Shown: one piece after another, positions 1-11,369 of the stretch
How the letters are laid out: every line of letters begins with the position of its first letter
Position numbering within the stretch: the first letter of the stretch is position 1
Origin: Marsupella aquatica
Taxonomy: Eukaryota > Plantae > Marchantiophyta
Assembly: GCA_973895155.1 (NCBI GenBank)
Contig: OZ316897.1
Span: 18,758,457 to 18,822,456 of the forward strand
Reading direction: 5' to 3'
DNA: 64,000 nt
Notes under the pieces: model-generated
What the model saw: only the letters and a program-made list of their open reading frames with translations
What the model was told of the DNA's origin: nothing
Database searches by the model: none
Made by a program: the position numbers and the translations under genes

Positions 1-35
1 CCTGGGATCGAATATTTCGAAGCTGCTTGGTCAAC

Positions 36-2669
36 ATGGGGAGAAGAGCAGGAACGTCGAAAGGAAGAGTGCTAGGAGCGATTTGGAAGCGGGTTCACTT
101 TCAAGAGCAATCGTTGCCAATGCAGAGGAATATACCCAGTGATCTTTCGCCAAATGCGGAGAAGAAAGGGAGCATCGTTGAGAGGTTACAGCAAAAACAC
201 ATTTCGTTACCGGCTCATGACGAACCCGAACAGCGTACGACGCGAAGGAAACGGAGGAAGAGGGGGTCAGTCAACGGATGCTTACCCCAGGGTTCACGAG
301 TGACTCCTGGAAGCTGCACGAACAGTGGAAGCACGATGGATATATCAAACCCAGATGCCCACAAACCGAGCACCACCCTCCCGTCCACGATGAAAGTGAT
401 GTTGTCCCCTCATCTAGGCACTAGCTATTGTTATTGCTCGATCAGCGATTCACTTCGTCTTTTTCCTGGACCAGGGTTGAGTGAGAGATTTATTTTGGTC
501 AACAACCAGACCGTGCTAAAAGTTAAACCAGACGCTGCAGTTCCAGATGGTTACCTTGGCCTCGACTATTGGGGCCGCAGCAACGTAGGGGTCTCGGAAA
601 ACGATGATGTGCGAGTAGCTCGCTATATTCCGGATAAACTAGTGATGTTATCATTGCAGTTGCAAACTGTGAAATATTCTGTGAAATTGCGTGACAATCC
701 AGAAATGCTTGATATGGAAAGGCTCAAAGCAAGGTTTATCAGTGAGTACAAGGGCACAATGATGACAGTGGGGAACTGGGTGTTTCTTCATGCTAATGGG
801 ACGGATTGTACTTTCGAGGTGAAAAAGACAATGGGGAAGCAGGTTTCGGACTCTAAAGGTGGGCTTTGGACCAGCGATACGCACCTAATCTTGGAAAACC
901 CAGGAGACGCTGGGATCGCGATTCCTCATCAACCAGGTAATGACTCCGGTGTCACGAGTACTAATGAAGAGGGTGGCGACTCTGACGTCCAGATTCTTAA
1001 TCAAACAGGCACGAATGAAAAAGGTAGTCACTCTGGCATCCAGACTGCTAATCAAACAGGTGGAGGGCGTAGGAACTTGTTCAAAACAAACGACTTCAGC
1101 TTCCAAAATCTGGGTATTGGTGGCCTAGATGACGAGTTTGAAGATATTTTTCGGAGGGCATTTGCATCACGACTCTTTCAACCGGATGTGATACAGAAGC
1201 TTGGCATCAAGCACGTGAAGGGTATGCTGCTTTGGGGGCCCCCAGGCACTGGAAAAACTCTTATCGCCCGACAAATCGGCAAGATGCTCCATGGCAAAGA
1301 ACCAAAGGTCGTCAATGGACCAGAACTTCTAACCAAATGGTGGGGAGAAACTGAACGGAAGACTCGAGAGCTCTTTGCAGATGCCGAAAATGACCAAAAG
1401 ATTCGTGGAGATAAGAGTGACTTACATATCATCATCTTTGACGAAATTGATGCAATTTGCAAGACCCGAGGCTCTTTAGGAAGTTCGTCTGTGCTAAATG
1501 ACGGTATCGTTAATCAGCTTCTCACAAAGATTGATGGTGTGGACTCTCTGAACAACATCCTGGTAATTGGGATGACCAACAGAAAAGATCTGCTTGATGA
1601 AGCCTTACTTCGGCCAGGCCGTTTAGAAGTCCACATTCAGATTGGATTGCCAGACGAGAAAGGACGTGCGCAAATTCTGCACATTCATTCGAGCAAAATG
1701 CAACAAAGTACTTGTTTGTCTGATGACGTCGATCTTGTGAATCTTGCTGCGAGGACCAAGAATTTTAGCGGAGCAGAATTGGAGGGACTAGTGAGAAGCG
1801 CAACGTCATTCGCTCTCAACAGACACGTCAACTTTGAAGATCTGAACAAGTCGACGGATGGCAATATCAAAGTAATGTTGTGCGACTTCGAAAAAGCTCT
1901 GGATGAGATCATACCTGCTTTTGGGGCAGGTTCCGCCAATTTGGAAAGGTGTAGGATAAACTCTATGTTGGATTGTGGTCCAAGGAATGACCATGTTCTA
2001 AGGACTGCAAAGATTTTGGTGGATGAAGTGAAGAGAAATGAGCATACTCCTCTGCTCAGCTGCCTTCTAGAAGGGCCCCGTGGCAGTGGCAAAACTGCTC
2101 TCGCTGCAACGATTGCTCTTGAAAGCGAAGTTCCCTTCATCAAAATGATTACTGCAAAGAGTATGGTCGGTTTCTCAGAGAGCACAAAATGTGAACTGAT
2201 CAGCAAGGTCTTTGAAGATGCCTATAAGTCTCCTCTCAGTCTCATCATCATGGATGATATTGAGCGCATAATTGAGTACGTCGACATTGGGCCCAGATTT
2301 TCTAATCTGATTCTGCAGACCTTGCTTGTGCTCATGGGGACACTTCCGCCCAAGGGAAGAAAATTGCTGATTATTGGGACCACAAGTATGAAGCAGGCCA
2401 TGGGTACTCTGGACATGTTGTCAGCATTCAATGTTTCGATTCCTGTTCCAATGCTCAGTCCAACTGACATTAGGAAGGTCCTTCTGGGCCTCAACGTTTT
2501 TGCGCCTGAGGAGGTGGACAAGGCTGTGAGTGTCGTTGGAGGAGAGGTTCCAATCAAGAGATTGCTTATGCTAATTGGAATGTCTAAGCAAGATGGGAGC
2601 GGGCAAGGCTCCTCGGATAAAATTGATTTGGGACGTTTTCAGGAGTGCTTTAAGCATCTTGCACACTAA
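36..2669 (+). CDS. NSF: Vesicle-fusing ATPase (N-ethylmaleimide-sensitive factor), intronless divergent paralogue
   Basis: Uninterrupted ORF with NSF hallmarks: LGIGGLDDEFEDIFRRAFASR, D1 Walker A GPPGTGKT, Walker B IIFDEID, SRH MTNRKDLLDEALLRPGR, D2 Walker A GPRGSGKT, DDIER, GPRFSN. First ATG is at 36 and the frame is open to the window edge. NSF homology begins near ATG 336/390, so the true start is uncertain. Confidence 0.95.
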   Translation: MGRRAGTSKGRVLGAIWKRVHFQEQSLPMQRNIPSDLSPNAEKKGSIVERLQQKHISLPAHDEPEQRTTRRKRRKRGSVNGCLPQGSRVTPGSCTNSGSTMDISNPDAHKPSTTLPSTMKVMLSPHLGTSYCYCSISDSLRLFPGPGLSERFILVNNQTVLKVKPDAAVPDGYLGLDYWGRSNVGVSENDDVRVARYIPDKLVMLSLQLQTVKYSVKLRDNPEMLDMERLKARFISEYKGTMMTVGNWVFLHANGTDCTFEVKKTMGKQVSDSKGGLWTSDTHLILENPGDAGIAIPHQPGNDSGVTSTNEEGGDSDVQILNQTGTNEKGSHSGIQTANQTGGGRRNLFKTNDFSFQNLGIGGLDDEFEDIFRRAFASRLFQPDVIQKLGIKHVKGMLLWGPPGTGKTLIARQIGKMLHGKEPKVVNGPELLTKWWGETERKTRELFADAENDQKIRGDKSDLHIIIFDEIDAICKTRGSLGSSSVLNDGIVNQLLTKIDGVDSLNNILVIGMTNRKDLLDEALLRPGRLEVHIQIGLPDEKGRAQILHIHSSKMQQSTCLSDDVDLVNLAARTKNFSGAELEGLVRSATSFALNRHVNFEDLNKSTDGNIKVMLCDFEKALDEIIPAFGAGSANLERCRINSMLDCGPRNDHVLRTAKILVDEVKRNEHTPLLSCLLEGPRGSGKTALAATIALESEVPFIKMITAKSMVGFSESTKCELISKVFEDAYKSPLSLIIMDDIERIIEYVDIGPRFSNLILQTLLVLMGTLPPKGRKLLIIGTTSMKQAMGTLDMLSAFNVSIPVPMLSPTDIRKVLLGLNVFAPEEVDKAVSVVGGEVPIKRLLMLIGMSKQDGSGQGSSDKIDLGRFQECFKHLAH
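960..1061 (+). repeat. In-frame 51-bp tandem duplication in the NSF N-D1 linker
   Basis: actaatgaagagggtggcgactctgacgtccagattcttaatcaaacaggc followed by acgaatgaaaaaggtagtcactctggcatccagactgctaatcaaacaggt. Confidence 0.85.
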
Positions 2670-4378
2670 AATCTTGTGGCCAAATGTTGTTGTAACCAGA
2701 ATAGCTCATTGTAAAAGTGCCTTTAGCTTGGCTGGAGCATCAGCTTAGCCAGCAGTCCTGTTAGTTTGAGGAAGACCAGTTTATGGTGAGGAGCCATCCG
2801 CAGTATAGCGGGCAGGGGTAGCAATGGTGCATTAGCCTAGGCAAGATGATGAGAGTCTTCGTTAGCGACGAGTAATTCTCTGAAGACCATGTTAGTATCA
2901 ATAAAAGGAGCTATGATTTTCAGTGCAGCTAAGATCAACAAATATTGTAACTTCGTCTCTCGCAGGAATTAAGCTATTTTCACTCTAATTTTCGGACTCT
3001 TCGGGATATGCCTTTTTTTTCTTTTCTCTTTTTCTTTTTTGGGATATGCCCTTAAAGTTAATGTTTCCCATTGTGGTTATTGTTAAGGCGTCTCAAAGCT
3101 TACATTCGATTACTTGAAGTCCCTAGTTATGGGTTATGGACACAAAAAGCTATGGACTACACAATTCATAGTCCATGATTTCTTGCCATAAGGATTGGTC
3201 TTATGACATAACCATTAGTCACTCTAGTGGCTGGTGAAAGAAAACCAAAAAATAAAAATTACACAGACTTGTGAAAAAGTTAGAATCTATTCTTTATGAC
3301 CAAATGTCATCATCTGTAATTTCAAAATTTCAGACGCCCTATCATTCAGCAAATCCATATTATTATGAGAGTTGTTTTTGATCCACACATGCTAGATATC
3401 TCCCTTGCTCTTCAATTCCATACAACTCTTCAAGACAGTAGTTCTCCACTCCCGTAAACCTCTAAACACTAAGTCCACTATGGTCATGCCAAATATTTCT
3501 CGTGGAGCTTCTTCATTTCTTTCTGAAACAAAAGCCCAGATAGACGGAGACATTGTCCCTGCCCATCCCCATGGACTGCGTAGAGTGATAATTTCTTTCA
3601 TGCCGAAAAGAAAAGGAATGGGTCGTGGATCGCAGTTGACGACTTTGACTACGATGGGGAGAAAGTAATCGAGACATCATGGTGATCCTGAGTATTATGG
3701 CATGACATCTTGACAACTTTTAGGCTGAAGATTGTCAAGTTGTCAAGTTAGCAAGGAAACCAATTTGGTAGTGTAATTGAAACCGGTTGCAAACAGTAAG
3801 GAGACCATTTACAAGTCACATTTCAGTCAAAAGTGTAAACAAGGTTATGTGAGTCAGGTTGAATGTGAGTCAGGTTGAATGTTCTGAGCATGTCCATCCA
3901 AGCTTTGCCAGACCATCTGGGCTTCATGGGGAGGTCCATCCAGGCTTTAGTTTCTTTCTTTCTTGTTACCTTTGTTGATTTTCCCAGATTATCTAATCAA
4001 GCAATTTTGAAGTCCGTTCCTTGGAAAATCTTGTGATTTCAGTTTTTTACCTGGCCGAATTCCACGAGTAATTTAACTGTCCACTACTTCTTTGTTTTCT
4101 GGCCTATCCTAGACTAAGCCTAACATCATTTGGACCCAGGTATGAAAGACTAGGCCACCAAATTTTCTGTTTTCAAATCATTCATTTGAAACACCTTTCC
4201 ATCCCTATTCAATAGCACCTTTCAAGCTAATTGTAGGATGCAATAGCGGTCAGTCCCTGATTACAAGATCAAACCCAAAACTTGCCAAATTCCATCTCAG
4301 TGAAAAGTCTAAGCCACCTTTGGCTACAATTTGCAAGGAACTGTTTACTTTGTGTAGCTAGTTTCTCACCTAACCACA

Positions 4379-4790
4379 GACCCCATTAGCCACAGATCCT
4401 TTAATCTAGGGAGATCTAATCATTCCTTTCCTCCATTAGATAATGAATATTCTCAGCATCTTCTCCTTCACACAGAGACCCCATTTGCCACATTTCCTTT
4501 AATCTAGGGAGATCTAACCATTCCCTTAGTCCATTAGATAATGAATATTCTTAGCATCTTCTCCTTCACACAAAGACCCCATTAGCCACAGATCCTTTCA
4601 CCTAGGGAGATCTAATCATCCTTCGTCCATTACATAATGAATATTCTTAGCATCTTCTCCTTCACACAAAGACCCCATTAGCCACAGATCCCTTCATCTA
4701 GGGAGATCTAACCATTCCTTTCTTCCATTAGATAATGGATATTCTTAGCATTTCTCCTTTCACACAAAGCATCTTCTCCTTTCACACAAA
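4379..4790. repeat. Tandem array, ~98-bp unit x4 plus partial
   Basis: Unit gaccccattagccacagatcc...ctagggagatctaa...ccattagataatgaatattcttagcatcttctccttcacaca recurs at ~4379, 4477, 4576 and 4671. Confidence 0.9.
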
Positions 4791-7267
4791 GAGAAAAATT
4801 AAATAACCCCTTAAAAATCGTCCTGGTCTGCACTCAAAGTTTGTTGTAGACAGAGTGACAGTCCAACGAGGTCAAGCGTAGTTCACGAGTCTACCCACCG
4901 CCAAAGTGAAGTAAATAAGAGGGAACGCATTACTGCGCGATGTTGAAGGTGGCGATTCATGTCAGCCATTCAAGAATCTGGGCACCATAGCTGACAATAT
5001 CCTGTCCGTGTGCACAGAGAGACTTTCAGTTTGCTGCTCAAAGGCGCTTCAGTTCTTCTGAGGTGTAGGGGACTCTCAATTTTTTACTCTTTTGTCTTCC
5101 TGGTTTTCCCCTCGTTTTCTCCCCTTTGTTGGGTCTCCTGCCTTAATGATCAGCCTCCAGGTCTTGCCCTTGTGATCTTGAGATCAGTCTCCAGGTCCAC
5201 CCTCTGTGATCTTGTGATCAATCTCCAGATTTGAATTTTTTGCTCTTTGGCAGTGTCACAGCATAGGTGTATAGGTCCTGCCATATAATCAGAATTCGGG
5301 CTCTCAAAGGCGTACCTTGGAACCTTATCAGCAGCTAGAGCAGGGAGCACTCGGTTGGAGCAGCATGAGCCAGCTCCTCGAGACAACAGGCTAAAGTGCT
5401 GAAGTGAAGTACACAGGTTGAACGAGTTCCACTTCCGTACGGCCTACTGCTTAGCTTCGTGAGCTCTACTGCGTCAGTCACTCTATTTCACTCTGCGTCT
5501 GTAGCAATAGCTAGAGGTGCCGTAAATTGGGTGATGCTTGACGTACCTCGTACAACATGGTTCGGTACTGTGGCACTGTGGCTCGTTGAATTATAATTAG
5601 GTAATGTCATACTGTGGTGCACGCACACAGTTGGCCTATGTGGCACCTAGTTTGACCTGCCCAGGAGTGGCTGTCTACGTAGTAGTGAGTCTTCACCTCT
5701 GAGACAATTTGAGAAGTTACAATCGCATTTTTCGTTCCTTTGTTTTTCTATGGGTTCGAGCAAGCGAAGTAGTGACTTTAGCAACAGAAGGGCTTAGTTT
5801 GCAAATTGAATCGAGAGATAAATTTTGATCTTGATTACCGTAGCTCAAGCTTGTCCTGAAGATCAGTTAACCAGTTCGCTGAAAATATTCGTGTGTAGAA
5901 ATATTTCTTAGGCGGAGGGCCCATTGACTTCATAATACTGAAAAGCTGATGAATTTGAGAATACGTTTGTACTCTTCCAGACTGAATAAACTGGAGAAGG
6001 TTGTATGAGCAAAATTTCTGTTCAGATGTGAATTTGACCATGATTTTCTAATTTTGTTTCGACGATTTGAATCTGGCTTTCGGACTCATCAATTTGTAAA
6101 AAACTGCTTGTCAATCAATGCTGGAGATCTCCTTTGCTATTCAAGTCCATACAACTCTTCATTACAGCAGGTCTTCAATTTTTTATCGGAGATTTGATCT
6201 GATTGTTATTATCAGGACATTTAGGGTTTAGGTTTTAGAACTCAAAGTTCGAACAGGGGATATTTTAGAGTTATTTTGTGGCAGGATTCGCCATTGTCGT
6301 CCATCATACTGCGGGTTCAATTTGCTCCAATGATCCTTTTCCTCGTTTCGACCATCGCTGCTGCTGATTGCTGAGCGCGTTGCGAGGGAGACGCGGAAGG
6401 AAATTCTCTGCTTAGCCTTGACGAAAGAGCCGCGTGCTCTCCCCTCAAGGGCCCCCTCCTTATCGACAACCGCGTTCCCACACGGCCTTGTCATGCAAAG
6501 CTGATCCGCTGGTAGCTCCACGACCTCCACTTTCGAGGTACGGATGAGGGAAATCCTCGAGAAATTAAAAGGTGAATGAGTTTTAAAGTCCGAGAGCAGC
6601 AGCGTCCATGTCCGTCCGGGCTCCTCTCGTTCGCTTTTTTGCAACTTTATTCCATTCGCTACCATGCAATTACGTAAGTTTACAAGATGCAGTTTGCACG
6701 CCAATCTCAAATGGCGTCTTCCAAATAGTCGTGCGAGATTCCTACGAGACTGGCTGCAAGGGACGTATGCTGCGACGTATGCCGCCTTTCTACGGTGAAT
6801 CGGGCAGAAAGGCTACAAAAAGCAGATCTCCACCCACCGGTAGTGCGAACTTGTTTTAAACCTATAGAGAGGTGCTCCCGTCGTTGATTGATTGAACTTC
6901 TAATTCATTGGATCGAGCAGGGACCTCAATGACAATGACAGTGTGACAATCACTATCACGACAACTGCGGTATAATGTCTGCAAGGCTAATTGCCATCAC
7001 CATGAAACAGCCACCTATAATATATATTCAGTACAACTCGCAAGTCCTACAAACAAAAAGAAAATCAGAGGAACGTCCCTCCGAACAGGCAAGATTGTGT
7101 AGAAGTTGAGGTGGTAGAGTATACCGACGCCACGAGAATGCAAGACATCCGTTGCTTCGGCGTCAACCGGCCCTCATGCTTTCCGATCCCTTCCATCCAT
7201 CAACATTCTATCACTTTTTCTTACCATTTGTCGAGCAGCAATCCACCAATTTCGCACCCAAGCAGTC

Positions 7268-7440
7268 CCACATACAATATTTGTTATGGTTACAATATTG
7301 TGCTTCCCTATGTATCCGCTAGTGCGAATCGTCTACGGGATGGCATGAAGCAGTTACACATACAATATTTGTTATGGTTACAATATTGTGCTTCCCTATG
7401 TATCCGCTACAGTGAATCATCTACAGTAGGATGGCATGGA
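7268..7440. repeat. Tandem duplication, ~88 bp x2
   Basis: cacatacaatatttgttatggttacaatattgtgcttccctatgtatccgcta...tctac..ggatggcatg occurs twice. Confidence 0.85.
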
Positions 7441-7927
7441 ACTTAGGATGAGTACTCCATGAACTTCAAATGCACAACGCGCCCAAGCCAGAAAGACCAG
7501 AGTGGAGCATCAATTGTCCATCGATGACAATAGGAGCAGAACTGGTTCTCCCGCTCAGCAATCAAGCATATGCTCATGTATAATTATCTGTACTTTGATG
7601 GTCAAGTACGTAGAGATTTCGGTGTCCCCATGAAATTTGTGAAGTTCATGCGGGATGCTGTAAAATTGAAATGCCGTTCCTCACTAGCTACTCTTCCGAG
7701 TTCACGTGGTAACTATGCAAATATCCTTTTGTGACTTGAGGAAGCAAAGATAGAGTCCAAGCAGATGCATAACATGATTTCCAACATTTGAAAACTTTAC
7801 ATATATAATTACATAGTATATTTGACACCGCTGCCAATCTGCAATAGCTCAGAATGGAGCCTCAGAAATTCCGGCAATTAGAGGACGTTGACAAGGGATA
7901 AGAGAACCAATTCGTATACTACAAGGC

Positions 7928-8482
7928 ATTTACAAAGGTGCAGTAGCTATCTAAGATTCACATGATCCAGAAGCGAGTGTCGAGAGCTAACGACTGTTTG
8001 TTTTAGTTTCGAGCTCTAACTTGGAATGAGTTCCTAACTAAAAATTCTTGTAACGTGCAAAACTGTTTCTAAAGAATGGGTGTCTCGCCAAAGTAATTTG
8101 AAATATGTTGCAATGTTCTAGTCGGTGGAGTAGATCCGGCAAGTTGGATGACAAAATGCTTGCTGCCTCATGTTATTGACAGTTGACAAAGGAGTCAGCC
8201 AACATTATTTTACAAAGGTACAGTAGCTATCTAAGATTCACATGATCCAGAAGCGATCGTGCCACGACTGAATGCTTTTCTTTCGAGACGGTGTCGCTCT
8301 GAACAGGAATGAGTTCCTAACTAAAAAAATCTTGTAACGTGCAAAACTGTTTCTAACGAATGGGTAGTCCTGGCAAAGTGATTCGACATATGTTACATTG
8401 TTCAGGTCGGTGGAGTAGATCCGGTCAGACCACGAAATCCGCTGGCTGATGTTATTGACAGTTGAGAAAGGAGTCAGCCAAA
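7928..8482 (-). repeat. ~280-bp tandem duplication covering the VQ gene stop codon and 3' UTR
   Basis: tttacaaaggt(g/a)cagtagctatctaagattcacatgatccagaagcga at ~7930 and ~8208; tgttattgacagttga(c/g)aaaggagtcagccaa at ~8171 and ~8450. Confidence 0.85.
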
Positions 8483-9822
8483 ATGAATCCTCCAGACGTC
8501 CAATCCGGATCGTACTCATCCCATTCGAAGCGGTCCGGGTCCAGATGATGATGACTGAGACCGTAAACGGGAGGCTGATTCGTGAACGAAAGAGAAAAGT
8601 GTGAGCCAGACCTTATATCGTGGTTGCCACCTGATCCCGAATACATTTGTTCTTCTGGGGTCCCCTCCTTCCCTTCGCTCTCGGAAGGTAGATCTAGAGA
8701 TGCAGCGTCGTGGAAGCTCGCTCCTGTTGAGCTTGCTGGAGTTGTGTTATCTTCCTGCCTATTGTACTGCACGGGCTCTGATGTGTGACGATACACAGAA
8801 TCTGGCGCTGGATGGTGGCTGCTATTATCTTGCAGCTGCCCTAAGTTTTCATCGTAGTCCTTCAGCTGATTCTTCAGGAAGGGAGGAGTGGCCACCTGAT
8901 CGAATCCCATGCAGTAATTCAGGCCGGAAGACTTGCTCAAGGAAGAACCGCAAGTAGCTGAATCATGAATCGCAAAGGTTGCTGGAGGAGCGCGATCGGA
9001 GGTCACAGTTGGTGCAGAAAAATGAACTGGGCTGATCATCGATGTCAACGACGAGTCTGGCCTTGCTGGCGCACCGCGGCTATCCAAATCCACGTCCATA
9101 GGCACTGCACTGGCTTGCGGTCGCCGATCAGGTTGAGCAGGTTGAGGTTGCGGCCGAATGACCGGAGCTGGAAGTTCTTTACAACCCGTAAGCTCCTGAA
9201 CAGTGGCTCGGAATTCCCCGACGGTCGCGTATTTGGTTGTCGTCGGAGGCTTTTTAGATTTTCGTTTCCGCTTCTTGGGGACCTTGGCAGGTGCACGTCC
9301 AGCCACTCTCGCAACCGATGTGGATGCAGGTGCGCGTCCAACTACGCTCGCAACGGTTGTAGATGCAGATACTGCACTCCTCCCCCGTACAGGGTTCGGT
9401 GCAGATGGCGACATTGGTGAATTGGGCGTCGGCACTGGACGCTCCTGCGCAATCCCCCGGGCACTTCTATGTAAACCCATCGTTGTTGGGTTGCTTCGCT
9501 CCGTCGTTGTGAAATTCAATCCGCACGACACGGAGCTGTCACTACTTATGCTTGGAGCTGGAGATAATCCACGAGAAGTTCCGGAAGGTGGGATGCTCCC
9601 CTTGTTGCGCGGCGAGGTCAGACTGCAACACTCCACGAGTAACTTAAGTAAAGGTGTCGGTACCATCATCGATGGTGAGGTGCATGAAGAACTGGCTGCA
9701 TTTGCCAATTCTGTAGTTCTGACTCGTCTGTTCTTCTGAAGCTCTCTCTCCAGAGCTCGACCTAGTTCCTCTTTGAGATTCATTCCCTGCTCACCATTGG
9801 GAGAATAGGAGCTGTTTGCCAT
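8452..9822 (-). CDS. VQ-motif-containing protein (WRKY/MAPK-interacting regulator family)
   Basis: 456-aa Ser/Pro-rich single-exon ORF with EFRATVQELTG (FxxxVQxLTG), preceded by the basic tract PKKRKRKSKKPPTT typical of plant VQ proteins. Confidence 0.88.
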   Translation of the reverse strand: MANSSYSPNGEQGMNLKEELGRALERELQKNRRVRTTELANAASSSCTSPSMMVPTPLLKLLVECCSLTSPRNKGSIPPSGTSRGLSPAPSISSDSSVSCGLNFTTTERSNPTTMGLHRSARGIAQERPVPTPNSPMSPSAPNPVRGRSAVSASTTVASVVGRAPASTSVARVAGRAPAKVPKKRKRKSKKPPTTTKYATVGEFRATVQELTGCKELPAPVIRPQPQPAQPDRRPQASAVPMDVDLDSRGAPARPDSSLTSMISPVHFSAPTVTSDRAPPATFAIHDSATCGSSLSKSSGLNYCMGFDQVATPPFLKNQLKDYDENLGQLQDNSSHHPAPDSVYRHTSEPVQYNRQEDNTTPASSTGASFHDAASLDLPSESEGKEGTPEEQMYSGSGGNHDIRSGSHFSLSFTNQPPVYGLSHHHLDPDRFEWDEYDPDWTSGGFILADSFLNCQ

Positions 9823-11012
9823 AATTGAGTTCTCGGCAACGTTGAGCGTCTGAGAAATCTTTGTACCAGGAATGTGCGTCGATTCAGGTTATTTGCGATC
9901 ACCAACGTTGCTTCTATCCAGAATACGAAAACCACCCTTAATATGTATCTGCCTGCTTCCTGACTTTCACCCGATCTGCCTTACCGCTCTTCGGGTGGCC
10001 CACTGCTAGAGGCCCTGCCAAGTTCATTAACTTTGCTCGCCCTGTGAGTCGCATGCGAGCGAATATCACATATCTCCGTAAGCAGCCGTGAGCACAGAAG
10101 CAGACCGATGGGATTTGGACGCAGCAAACGAGAGCAAAGCCTAGTCACTGTGACCGGCGCCGATCTTCTGACTATTCCGGAGGTACGTATCGCGAGAGCC
10201 CCTCGGTCGGAATTATCTCATCACTGGCTCAGCACCTTTGAATCATCGACTGGTCTTCCCAGATTCTCAAACACAGCAGAATTCTCCCTCCTTCGATTCT
10301 AGAATGGTTATGAACTCCAACTCAATTAGAGTCATCTATCCGCACTGGCTGAAAAGACATCTCACGACTAGACATTTATCACTCGACGCTGGCCAGCATC
10401 TCAGCACCCGAACCTCGATCACCTACAAGTTGATGGACAGTAATACCTAGACACCTTTCTCCCGTTTCTTCGAATAACTCCGAACGGACCAGACAACTCT
10501 CAGGGAACTCGAGGAAAACGGATCACTCCCTTACCGTCTCTCAATACCCCAAATTAAGGTCACACTAAGCAGGTAGACAGAAAATGCAGCCGAGCCTCAT
10601 TCACTATGTTCGACATAAATTCGACCCCAAATCAACACCTTGTCCCTGAGTTCTCTCTACATGTAAGCTACAAACCCTCCTGCCCAAGAGTTACGTTCCC
10701 TATCGACACGAGAGAGCTCAGCTCTCCTCTCCTCTCCTCTCCTCTGCAAGTGAAAACGACAGGAGGTTGAATACTATCCGAGACGATTTAGACAAGACTT
10801 CGATAGATGGCAATGCGGTACGATGACGAGGCGAGATCAGAATGGTCTCGGACACACAGACTCCAAGCCGGAGAGGTCTCGGATCATGGAAACCCCGCAA
10901 ATGGATTCATCAAGCAGCTCGACCTGAGGAGAGCTTCTCATCTCTTATACCATCTCGTGCAGCTGTAGCTCCCGCTGCTGCTACAAATACAAACGCACCA
11001 GATCACAGCAGC

Positions 11013-11080
11013 ACGCAACGCAGTGAAACGCAACGCAATGCAATGCAATGCAATGCCATACAATACAATGCAATGCGATG
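11013..11080 (+). repeat. (GCAAT)n-like pentanucleotide microsatellite
   Basis: acgcaacgcagtgaaacgcaacgcaatgcaatgcaatgcaatgccatacaatacaatgcaatgcgatg. Confidence 0.8.
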
Positions 11081-11369
11081 AAATGGTCACGTAATGTAAA
11101 GCCTCGTTCGCCCTGGCCAATCGATTTTGAGGCGGAGCAGGAGAAGCTGCGTGGAAGCATCGCCAGAGGCCATTTTCGTCAAATTGACACACGCGCAAGA
11201 CTCGCGACGACCCGGCCCGACTCCATGGGGCAGGTCCAGCCGCGTGGAATCCCTTCTCGTAGGGCCCCAAGTCCCCAACCAGCAAATACCGTATAATTAT
11301 CATCATCACCCTTCGTACCGTAGAAGCTTTCAATTGGTAGAGTAGAGTAGACTGGATCAGAGACGATGA

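Noticed and set aside
651-2557. Several minus-strand ORFs within NSF, and + strand ORFs within the VQ gene
   Set aside because: Antisense shadows of real coding sequence
4379-4790. CRISPR-like appearance of the tandem arrays (also 39005-39465 and 28078-28780)
   Set aside because: Whole units repeat without unique spacers, there are no cas genes, and the context is eukaryotic
6228-6859. 160-aa and 83-aa ORFs in a GC-richer patch
   Set aside because: No recognisable domain, and alternative frames are stop-interrupted; cannot support a gene call
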